A DNA stretch of 63,279 nucleotides, filler included, from Choristocarpus tenellus KU-1152 (taxonomy: Eukaryota; Protista; Phaeophyceae), in NCBI GenBank assembly GCA_964200185.2. It is 13 parts of 13 records of this genome, joined end to end, with 100 filler letters (N's around TTAATTAATTAA, not from the genome) between each part and the next. Parts side by side here need not be neighbours in the genome. Positions count along the whole stretch, not along the records: positions 35,838 to 42,403 come from CAXNAD020007855.1; positions 42,504 to 45,378 come from CAXNAD020024013.1; positions 45,479 to 48,883 come from CAXNAD020020258.1; positions 48,984 to 56,756 come from CAXNAD020005601.1; 9 more parts are not named here. The stretch is one strand, 5' to 3'. The notes beneath the pieces were generated by a model. The model had not been told where the DNA came from and made no database searches. It was given only the letters and a program-made list of their open reading frames with translations. This document shows, piece by piece, positions 41,797 through 52,168 of the stretch; the stretch's first letter is position 1, and every line of letters begins with the position of its first letter. Position numbers and translations under genes: made by a program.

Positions 41797-42904
41797 AACA
41801 AGGGTTAAGGTTTGCAATGTATCATGTAGGGAAGGGTTAGGGAAGGTATTTTTGTTTGTTGCATTTAGTGAGATCACTTCATGCCTTGGATCAGCGCATG
41901 GGTTTGGGAATATAGGACCAATGGTAGGTTAAGGATTTTTTTTTTTACATGCCAGCACTGCAGTAGGAACACTGGGAAGTTTTCGATTTCAGTGCTCTGA
42001 TTGAGGAGAGGCTTTGGGTGGCGCCGAGGAGGGCTCTCCTTTGTTTTTTTTGAAGTCTTTCTTGTCAGTTGTGGTTAGGGTTAGGGTTGCTTCTGGTTGA
42101 CGGATGGACAAGTCAAGTCGTTTCTTGTACTTGGATGGCGTGAAGGTACCTGTTGTTGTCTGTTGCTACGGTGGCATTTTCGATTTTTGGTGTGCATTGC
42201 TGCATTCAGGGTATATACCTGTGGTGCGACATTTTTCCCTTTGATCTTGCATGCGTGTCATGTGTTGTGTGTTGGATTGTTGCTGGCAACCGTGTATGAT
42301 TATGTAGGTGGTGGTCTTGATGGCAATGGTGATATGCAAGTAAACTGGTGCAGGGGGGGGTGCAGGGGGGGGGGGGGGGGGCTGTGTGGTGTGTGTTGAG
42401 ATGNNNNNNNNNNNNNNNNNNNNNNNNNNNNNNNNNNNNNNNNNNNNTTAATTAATTAANNNNNNNNNNNNNNNNNNNNNNNNNNNNNNNNNNNNNNNNN
42501 NNNCTCCCAGATACTTTGGGTCCGGTATTAGGGAATATGTGCATTGAAGGGTACATGGCACTGAGCACTATCCCTGCAATACATTGTAGGCACCAGCCAA
42601 GAGCCAGACAATGTGTATTGCATAGAAAATGGACTTGGGTGTTTTTCAGATGGACAAAGGATGTTACAGAGCAACTGGCCCCTGAACCTCATCTCGGCAG
42701 CAGATGCTACAGAGCAAATTGGACGTTACATTTTCCTGGTTAACAGACATTACAGGTCAAATACTCCCGAACACTCTAGAGCAAAGTTCGCATTGAGTGT
42801 TAAATTGTCCTTGGTGTGGACTAATCAATCTAACATTCCACATGGCATCAGAATAACCCCTGCAATGAAAAGGGGGCAATGCCAAGGACTCAAGGGTTTA
42901 TCAC

Positions 42905-44382
42905 CTGCCCCAAGAGCAGTGACGACCAATCCTTGGGTTCATACAGCACTGTAGCGCCAGCCCCCCCTGCAGTCATCATGGCGCACATAGAACCATCACT
43001 TATGTCCAGGCACACTGCCTCATGGGCAGGTACGGGTAGCCCAGCGAGGAGCCTCGACACAGCTTGTTGGTAGACCTTATGTCTGGAAAGGTGCCCCCCC
43101 CCACACACACACACACGCCACGCCCAGATCAGAAAGGAACGATTATTTTCTCGAGTTGAAATATCATAAATATCATAAAAAGTAGTGCACAAGAGGGATG
43201 TCAAGAGGTCATGTAGTGGGAGACTCAAGTCATGGGAGCAATCACTATCACAGTAGCTGTAAACAATACAACTGGATATAGAATTGGGCTAGTATGTGGA
43301 GGTGGGGGGGATGAGTGATGGGGGGCGGGGCAGTAAGTGTAGTGATATGCTTGAATGGTACCTCCATGACGTTTACCTGTTCAAGTGAAATATGTCTAGA
43401 GGGTTATTGCAGTAATGGTACAATGCTTAAGTACTGTTAAAATAAATAGAGGCGTGTTTCAGGCGGGTTGAGTGAATCCAGGTAAATCAAATTTTCCATG
43501 GACTACAAAGTAGGGGTAGGGCAGGACAGTATGACAGAAACATCTCATTCACAGAACCATTATGTACTCAAAATACCATCCGCAGGTTCTTTGGGATAGT
43601 CACACTTGTTGCAATTAATCAAAACCGACACTTACATACTTCGATGCTCAAGCACACCAATAGGGGACAAGAAAAATAGCGTTTCTACACAAGTGTGTAT
43701 CACTTCACAGATTTTGTTGGAGCTGAAGAGTTCAACAGGAGGGCCTACTCTCTTCACGAGGAATCTGATGTTGACCACCCCCCACTCTCATCGCTCCCTC
43801 GGTATCACTCTCATCATTTGACAAAGAGTACACATCATCGCGGTCGGTATTAACAGCGCATTTTTACATCTGAATGGATCCATTGTCACACTTGTTCCAA
43901 ACGGTCTTATGAGCGCCACTTTGCCATTCTGACTGTTTACAAAAAAAGTGGACAAGATTTCTTTACCTTCCACTGTCATTCAGCATACCCAATCGGTCAG
44001 CATTGCATAGGACGTGCCAACCACAGCTGCATGGCTCAGGGTCCCACTCCCTCTCCATGTGGTATCCCCCTCCCACCACGTCTGCCTCCGATGAAGTCAC
44101 CACCGCCGCGTTTCCTCTTTTTCCAGTCACCCCCTCCTCCTGACCGTCTCTATTGCGGCTGCGCTTTAGTGGTAATACCCCATCACCATCACCATCACCA
44201 TCACCATCACCATCACCATCACCATCATGCACTGAGCAATCGTCGCCTGCGTGGCACAAGCCGGCAGATGGCAGAGGGCATTGCAAGTAGGCAGCACAAT
44301 GCATGTTGAAATCCTTTTTTTGACACTAACCATGTCTAGACAGAGAGTGAGGGTATTTTCCAGTGTACTGTCCACTGTAAGA

Positions 44383-44418
<36 letters not shown>

Positions 44419-45281
44419 CTAATGTTGTGACCAAGATTTCAATCTTTTGATCACAACCAAAACCTCCCGACTACTCTACCATTTCTTGTACATACGCACA
44501 CTATGTTAGTAACTACGATAGTACGCTACTGTGAACTTTCTCAAGGCGCTCAAAAACTTAGCGTGCCTCACCTCATGCACTGAGTGTGCACGCTTTGATT
44601 CGATGGAGTACCATCACTATTTTCAACACAGTTTAGTCCATAACCGTAAGCTATCTTGATTCACAAAACCACTCTTTCCACACGCAGACAAGAGATAGAA
44701 CAGACTGCGTCGCTTCCACGTCGGTGTTCAAGAACATAAATCCCACTTACCATTACTTACCATTCGACCACAACACTGTGCATCACTACCACAAGAGAAA
44801 AAAAAATAACAACAGCAACAGCAACAGCAGCAGCAGCAGCAGCAGCAGCTCCAGTGCTACTGGTGGTCTCCATGAAGTTCCTTTCAGGCCCCTTAATGTG
44901 CACAGTTAAAATTTCGAACGCACGCTTCGAACTATATACGCAGATAAACCGGACAAATATACTACTGCATACATAACGCCTTCCAGTAAATAAAATCGAG
45001 CACAGAACAGCTGACAGTCAAGGACAACAGTACCCGTGGGCAAGTTGGGTCACCACATACCCCTATCTAAAGTTGTAGCAGGGAGGCGTGCTTCAGTCCA
45101 ACGTCGCTCCACCCCCAGAACCTCAAAGGCCACGTTCAGCTCAGAGTGGGTAGCCTTGATACGCACAACATCACCCGTCTGGACCTCTGTTTGCTTTGCC
45201 AGTGGGAAGAAGGACGGCACCCAGTGATCCTGCCAGTTCTCTTCTGCCCCGGGTCTGTACAACCAAGTGTAGCCCAACAAG
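42905..45281 (-). CDS. PRMT7: Protein arginine methyltransferase 7-like; exons ~45061-45281, 43967-44246, 42905-43082
   Basis: Phase-consistent splicing gives WQDHWVPSFFPL…GDVVRIKATHSELNVAF…CSCGWHVLCNADRLGMLNDSGRHKVYQQAV…VCLDISDGSMCAMM. This matches the PRMT7 DHW loop, the CxCxxH zinc-site linker and the SDGS motif of the second module. Confidence 0.8.
44180..44228 (+). repeat. (CATCAC)n coding microsatellite
   Basis: Encodes a (DG)n run in the PRMT7 exon on the minus strand. Confidence 0.9.
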
Positions 45282-45319
<38 letters not shown>

Positions 45320-45478
45320 ACCAAACACACACGACCACGACGAAAGAAAAGAAACGAACGACGGAAGTTGGTGGAAGANNNNNNNNNNNNNNNNNNNNNN
45401 NNNNNNNNNNNNNNNNNNNNNNTTAATTAATTAANNNNNNNNNNNNNNNNNNNNNNNNNNNNNNNNNNNNNNNNNNNN

Positions 45479-47200
45479 CTAAATATAATCAATCACTCTA
45501 GAGACACCAAGCAATCTCGCCAGGTTTATCACCTTTATCCTCTTTGATGATTTTGGGGATACTTTAACAACACTTCCCCCAACATAAACGTTTCAGGTTG
45601 CTGGTAGGTCTGGTCCAATACCTGAATCTGCATGGTTTTTTGGCATGCTGATTAGGAGGGCGAAGACACACCGTATCTGATTTAAATGCTGATACAACCA
45701 GATCGAATGATCTTGCCACCTCTGCAAGCACTGTCACCATCCCTATCAACCTCCTTGGGTCTTGTAGACAACGTCTACATCATCAGCTAAAAGTATAACC
45801 CACAAAAGCCGTTCAAAATTGTCCCAATCCCTGGTAATCCTCCTTCTCTGATTGGGTTGTTTGTGCCTGCTCTCTTAATGATAGCAGCGTTCTTGGAGAT
45901 GGCCAGGTCAGAGGTGAACTCCTTAATTACCACACTGACCACAGCAGTAAATATATTGAAGAGGATAGAAGGAAGAACACACCTTGCCGAAGGCTCTATC
46001 CAACCGCGATTCAGTTTGTGCACTCACCATCATCCATGCGAACACATGCCCTCATACCATCATGAAATTGACGGATGACAAAGATCACGATTAACAGAGC
46101 TGAAAGTTTTTTGCAGATCAATTTTTCACATGGAAAGGAGTTCATGTCCAGTGTACAGCATGTCCAATATTGGAGCGTCGGGGCCAGAAACCACACTGTT
46201 CTTCATGAGGGATGCTCTCCCGTTCCAGGTAACCAGGAAATCGCCATGGAACGACTTGGAGGAGGACCAACGAGGAGGACCTTTCGAGCATGTGCCACAA
46301 TGAGATGTCCCTTTTGTTGCCACAATCAGTGCGGCCCCTCTTCTTATAGATCACGATCATGGCAGCATATTTCCAGACCTGTGGCACGACTTCCTGATTC
46401 CACAAAGTCAACACAATATTATGAAAACCCTGGAGGATAGCCACATCCTCCTGTGGGCCAAGTTTTAGGATCTCAACCGGAAAACCATGGGACCCGTAGC
46501 CTTCTCATTTTCCTATTGCCTGGAGTGCTTCAGCCACTTCCATCATCGTTGGAGTAGTGAGGGTCATGGATGTGGGTCATTGATTGACGGCTTCAGCACA
46601 GTAAGGGTTTAGATCGATCGACTTGGTGTTAAGGACCACTGTGAAGTATCTCCTTCTCAGCTCAATAATAGATGCTCCCTGAGTAGCCATCCAGACTCGT
46701 CACGGATGCGCTGAGAGGCACTCTCTATGGTTCTCTCGACATTGAGGCCTTTCAGGTGTTGATAGAAACCAGCTTGGTCCCCATGGTGAATAAGTTCTTC
46801 CATCTTCCTGGTGTAGGTGTTAATAAACTCCTACCAAATCAGACACCATCACCCACTTGAGCTGTTTGCCAGCCTTCTTCAATTTGTTCTTCGAAAGGAA
46901 ATTTGGAGTTCTTTACAAAGTTATTTCCATACCCTTTCTCGTGCCTTACAGGCTCTCAGGAAGTTTGTTTGAGGTTGGCCACTTCCACACAACCCTCTAC
47001 ACAGCACCTGCCGTGAAAAGGGAGAAGGACTTCTGAGGCAGAATCCAACAATTGGGCTGCGTATGACGATGCCAAATTGCCCACATTGGCAGGTATATCA
47101 CCTGTATTTTTGAGTGGCACTTGGCTCTGCTACTCTGAGGAGCCAAGCTCGCTAGTTCAGAGCTCAAGGTAGTGTAGGTATCAGGAATTGTTGGTCGAGG
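45479..47200 (-). mobile_element. Decayed non-LTR retrotransposon (RTE-like) reverse transcriptase
   Basis: VPQVWKYAAMIVIYKKRGRTDCGNKRDISL…EEQCGFWPRRS…; C.L.PxLFNIF; Y.ADDV. These are LINE RT motifs, with many stops and frameshifts. The upstream boundary (~47200) is approximate. Confidence 0.85.
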
Positions 47201-47484
47201 TAAATGCCAAGTAGTACCCTCCTATTTACCTTCACACCCTCTCCCATCTTAAGATTAAGGTCAAAACGATGAAGGAGGGCGTACCAATACTGATGCGACA
47301 AGGTGATGTGTACTTGTATGAGAGAGGGTAGGGACAAGTAAACCCTCTCTCTTATATCCCGATCCTCTCTTATTTTATATACGAGGGTTTTTCATTTATA
47401 CCGAGGGATCGTGATAAGAGAAACCTACGTTATATCAACAGTACTTGTAGGCACTTTTATAGTTGTCCCCAAACGACGACAGAA

Positions 47485-48245
47485 TACCCCCTTGCTGAAT
47501 GTGTTTCCCATCTGCCTCCAAGAGTAGTTACATGTAGATAGGTACTGAACATTGCCCTCGGTGAGCCCATTTCGATGAAGCTGTGGTGGTGCAGCAAGCA
47601 CCACATCTACACCACCCCTGCACAGTATACCAGAGTCATATGTATACAGTACTGTAACTTTGGTAAATTACACTCATTATGATATGTATTCACCCATATC
47701 TATATTACACCTTCCCAAGAAAAGCATTTGCAAGCCGTTGGATGGACAGGCGACTCGCAGTTCAAGTAAAATCAATGTTCAAAGTCAATCTCCTTCCAAT
47801 GTCCTGCGTACATATTCGATTACACTCTACAAGGATATTATATAGTACAGTATCAAAAATGCCACCATAGATCAAATACAGCGCACCACCATGCACCCCA
47901 TCGCACGCACTGAGTAAGCAACTTATTCACAGCTAAAAAATCGCGACTGCCAAAAAAATCGTGGATGTTCGCTTGTTTGATTGCCCTTTCCCCGATTGCG
48001 CTAAGCCAAGCCAGCTTTGCTTTGCGGAGATAGTATGAAACACATCATTCATGCGCATTCTTCGGCGTTGTTGCTAAGCTTGCAAACTCATCAGATACTT
48101 GAGAGTACGGCAGTGGAGGAATCGAGAACACTGAAGAGGTTGCTCCTTTCCTCACGGCCCCCGATACGCTGCCTCCTCCCATAAACCCATCGTCATCCTT
48201 GTCACCTGAGGTTTCTGTTGAAATTCCACACAGGGCCCGCGGCTT
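47485..48245 (-). pseudogene. Possible decayed DEAD-box helicase fragment
   Basis: Frameshifted segments resemble motif Ia (KPRALCGIST/RNL..QV), the GG doublet (FMGGG), motif Ib (GGVDVVLAAPPQL…EGNVQYLS) and motif II (LLEAD…TFSKG). Confidence 0.33.
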
Positions 48246-48559
48246 TGGTGCTTTGATGAAGGACAATGAATACCTTATTGTAGATATGCAATATTAGTGT
48301 CACAAGAGGCTTATGGTCTCGATTCCGCTGGCTGAATTGGTTGGACTACCATTATTATTCCTATAGTGTAGGGTTTGCAATCGTCCACACTAATTTACTA
48401 TGAACCACTTATTTAACTTTTATTCAGTATAGCAAGTGTATCTTGAACATGACATGAATCAATGGACACTAGTCACTCTTTATGTATGGTATATCTATCA
48501 CTGGCTCTCCATCCTATTATCTAATCCACTGGTGGTGTCTATAGTGTATCAGCAGCACT

Positions 48560-48855
48560 ATCTATGAACACTTTCATTATCTGACTGGTACAAGGATTCC
48601 TCGAGATGCTGGTCTTTCATGTCCTCTAGTATCGCACTGGCCACTTTATCGTTGTCTTCCATGCCGATCCACGCTCTTGCTGCGTCGATGGAATCCTGAT
48701 GTGGTTTTCCGTCGGGTTGAGGTGCAGAGCGCAAAGAGCATCGGAGAGATTCTCATCAATATAGTCGCTCCTAATACCAACACGCAAGTGTTGCATGATG
48801 TGCATCAGCTCATTGGTGTTCAGCCGCGCTTGGACGGGGGCAGGGAGGATGTTAA
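48560..48855 (-). mobile_element. Possible pogo/Tigger-type transposase C-terminal remnant
   Basis: NILPAPVQARL… then a frameshifted acidic tail AARAWIGMEDNDKVASAILED, truncated by a MITE-B TIR. Resemblance only. Confidence 0.3.
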
Positions 48856-48983
48856 GACCCAAAGTATCTGGGAGGGGGGGAGGNNNNNNNNNNNNNNNNN
48901 NNNNNNNNNNNNNNNNNNNNNNNNNNNTTAATTAATTAANNNNNNNNNNNNNNNNNNNNNNNNNNNNNNNNNNNNNNNNNNNN

Positions 48984-49142
48984 AAATTACATCAATATCG
49001 CAACATTGAATTTTGACCTCCAAATGGACACGGCTCTACCCTCTAAGATACTTTGGCTCAAATGTCGTAAAACAAACGTGGGAAGCCAAGCCCCAAATTG
49101 ACAAAAAGGCCAAAACTCGTACCCTCTAAGATACTTTCACTC
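48984..49142. mobile_element. Two MITE-A pieces: right end (48984-49059, +) abutting an inverted left end (49060-49142, -)
   Basis: TACCCTCTAAGATACTTTGGCTC is followed directly by the reverse complement of the left arm, ending TACCCTCTAAGATACTTTCACTC. Confidence 0.8.
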
Positions 49143-49689
49143 TGCCTGAGATCATGTGTGGAAGAGTTTGGATGCTCTGATGACCCCTATTGTTGGTGTC
49201 CATCCTTCCAGCCTTGGAGCAGTTATCTCGTGTGTTAGGAGATCCACTGTGTGCATGAGGGTGATTGCGTGGGTGGTGCGAAGCCTGCCTGGTATCTTCT
49301 GCACCATGGTAATGTTTACCCGCTCCAGGGTCTCCATCTGGACTTGGTGAAGGGTAGATGTTACGCTTGGAGTATGGACCCTCCAAGGTAGACGTGGATG
49401 TGGTGGTAGGTGGCCTAGATTTTCTGTGGAGGGGGAGGGGGTAGTGGGGGCAGGTGGTGGTTATGGTGGTGACTGGGGCAAGGAAGAAGGTGGGATGAGG
49501 TAGAATGGAGGGTGTGGGTTGGGTGGTGGTGGTGGTGGTGGTGACTGGGGTGAGAGGTGGGGTAATATGGGTATATATATTGTTGTATATCTGTTGTGGC
49601 GTTCCGGTGAAAAAAAGCAGAACTGCCGCAGAGGGCGAAGCTACTGGTACCACCTTAGTAATGTCAAGGACAGATCACCTTTTTTGGGA

Positions 49690-50050
49690 TATCTGACATT
49701 GATGAGATAATACGCGTCACCTTTTCCAATTGAGGGCAGGGCAAGTGATGTGATGTGGGTCAGATGCGCGACTGGCACGCGTTATCCCCGACATGAACAG
49801 TGGATTCAAACCAGGGGTCAAAGTATCTGGGGGGGGGGGGGTGCCGGCGTCCGTTTTTGACCCTAGCAAAGTCAATTGTGTTTTCTGTTCTAACTGGTCA
49901 CAACCAATCACATTTAAGATTTGATCTACATGGCACTCTGAGGTTGTCAACATACACCCAGCATGCCTCAGTCTCATCTTTCACTTCCTTTCTGAACTTC
50001 ATCTCTGGTGGTTCTCATCACCCCCCATCACACAGAACCAGGGCCCATTA
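49690..50050 (+). mobile_element. Dispersed repeat family D, second copy (carries the mini-MITE)
   Basis: See 19938-20280. Followed by a degenerate (TAA)n tract to ~50135. Confidence 0.75.
49815..49863 (+). mobile_element. 49-bp mini-MITE of family B
   Basis: GGGTCAAAGTATCT(G)n…TTTGACCC with CAG/TAG flanks. It is absent from the paralogous site near 20125. Confidence 0.85.
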
Positions 50051-50625
50051 CAGTAATATTACTAGTAATAATATAATCATAATTGGAATAATAAAATAAA
50101 AATAATTATAATAATGATCATAATAACACTAATAATCCAGCACATAGAACCCAGGATCCAGGACACAGGACCAATATCCAGGACCCAGCACCCAGCACCC
50201 AGAATCCAACCTCTGTCATTTTTAGTACTTCGAAGGGTATAGGTGAGTGGCACCATATGTAACCATGGACTTTTTCGATTGTGCGAATTGGCATCTTTTT
50301 GCCCTTTCTAGGATCCTTAAGATGCTACCCTGGCCACCTCTCGATTTGTTTGACTCTTTCTTTTGTTCCATCCTCCAAGTAGAAATCCAACCCTCTCACA
50401 TTTGCTTGCATTTTCAACCTACTCATCCTTGGTTTTGTATTGAACTTGGGGAACTTTGCGGAGGATGGGAACAGGTGAACTCTGGTGTCGAGTTCAGTTC
50501 AAGGCTAGCCTTCAACCCATAACACTAGAGGATATATCACCTCATCATGCCCCTCTTCCTGGGAAATCAAAAGGAAATCAAAATACACGTGTGCCAACAA
50601 CAGATTCGGAGGGGACCTTCTGATG

Positions 50626-50803
50626 AACCCAAAGTATGTGGGGGAGGTGGGGGGTCTACACCAGAGTGTCCATTTTGACCAAAACCAGGAAAAGTTTGCT
50701 TTCATTATCCACCCAATGTATGGAACCAAATCACCCAAAAATCGCGACATGAAAAAATTGGCCCTAACTGGACAGCCGCCACCCCCCCCAGATACCTTGA
50801 GTC
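50626..50803 (+). mobile_element. MITE family B (G-tract TIR)
   Basis: aACCCAAAGTATgTGGGGG…CCCCCCCAGATACcTTGAGTC; TSD ATG/ATG; interior matches 50942-51115. Confidence 0.85.
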
Positions 50804-50941
50804 ATGCTTGAGTCTTGCGGAAGGTCAGTGAGGGACTCGACCATTCCATCACATGTCACTAGTTCTGTTCACCCATTCTGCCTTGACAGTGCCTACTGTG
50901 TGACTAACAAAATAACTTTTGGCGGTATAAATTGAACTACT

Positions 50942-51115
50942 GGCTCAAAGTATCTGGGTGGGGGCATCTACACCAGGGTGTCCATTCGGGATCTAACCAG
51001 GAGAAGTGTACTTACATTATCCGTCCGACGTATGGAACCAAATCACCCCAAAATTGCGACATGGAAAAATGGACCCGAAATGGACAGCCGGCACCCCCCC
51101 CAGATACTTTGAACA
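50942..51115 (+). mobile_element. MITE family B (G-tract TIR)
   Basis: GGCTCAAAGTATCTGGG…CCCCCCCCAGATACTTTGAACA; TSD ACT/ACT. Further B-type termini lie at 18462-18489, 24641-24656, 42504-42522 and 48856-48883. Confidence 0.85.
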
Positions 51116-51246
51116 ACTCATACTAGGTGGTAACTGCATAACGTCATACCAGTGTCACCTGCCCCCCTGTTTTTGTATTATTTTATTATCATGCCCTCTG
51201 ACATTTTACAGATGTGTCGAGGAAAAGTTAAACCAATATCACACAG

Positions 51247-51337
51247 GAGCCAAAGTATCTTAGAGGGTAGAGCCGCGTCCATTTGGGGGCCAAAATCCAA
51301 TGTTGCGATTTTGATGTAATTTCGACCATCGTGTTTG
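51247..51337 (-). mobile_element. MITE family A, right-end fragment
   Basis: GAGCCAAAGTATCTTAGAGGGTAGAGCCGCGTCCATTTGGGGGCCAAAATCC…. Confidence 0.8.
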
Positions 51338-51449
51338 AATACTGCTGTTATGCCTCTAACTTAACTTAGCTCTACAAAGGTGAGCGAAGAGATTGGGAAG
51401 CATCCCAAGAATCTGACAGGGCCCTTCTTACCCATCTACCTCGTGTCTC

Positions 51450-51665
51450 TACCTTGAAATGGATGTGTGTCTCGAGATAGCTACTTGCGAAGTGAGAACG
51501 GAAGCTATGTGTCTTAAGCGAGACTTGACAGCCAGCCCATTTCCTGCTATATCCTCCCGCCCCTATCTCTCTCACTGCCTGTGTGACCAACTCATCCAAG
51601 AAACTTTCTGCTTGCTTACCGAGGTGACCAAAATTTTCAACCGTAAAGGTGTTGAGGTGAACTCC
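51450..51665 (-). mobile_element. Remnant of a REL-endonuclease (CRE/R2-type) non-LTR element C-terminus
   Basis: TFTVENFGHLGKQAESFLDEL resembles the PxxxExxGxxGxxAxxFL motif that closes restriction-like endonuclease domains. Confidence 0.5.
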
Positions 51666-52131
51666 CCGAGGTGACCATTCGAATCTAGCTAACGGGTAGT
51701 TTTTATATAATAATATTGTCTGGTTGACCCGTTGTCCGAAAAAATGTTGTTCGAAGTCCATGTTTAAATATTTTTAAACCTTGGTTTCATTCACTTAAGG
51801 TTTCCGCGCGCGTTGCGCGAGAATCCATTGTGGTAGGATACATTGGTGATGAATGCGTTTTGTAGTTGTACTTGTATTGTTATTGGAGAAAGAGAGTAGG
51901 ATTAATTGTATAAGTTGGAGGGAAGGAGTGATAGGAAGTCAAACGTTTGCGGGCGAGGGGTAGAGTAGGATGTAAAACTCTGAAGGAATATGTTGGATGT
52001 TTAAAGTCAGGTCCTCACAAGTTCTTGATGTAGTTTGAATGTGAGAGGCAACAAACGAAAGATGGTAGTAAGAGGATGATTGATGATAGTGGTAGCCCTT
52101 AAAAAAAACAGTAGTGTGTAAGATTACTTAT

Positions 52132-52168
52132 TTTATTATTATGCCCTCTGACATTTTGCAGATGTGTC
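52132..52168 (-). mobile_element. 37-nt retroposon 3'-end insertion (family C)
   Basis: Reverse complement of GACACATCTGCAAAATGTCAGAGGGCATAATAATAAA between two copies of AAGATTACTTAT (52120-52131, 52169-52180). Other family-C copies: ~10908-10960(-), 14976-15022(+), ~51177-51246(-), ~62264-62330(-). Confidence 0.85.
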
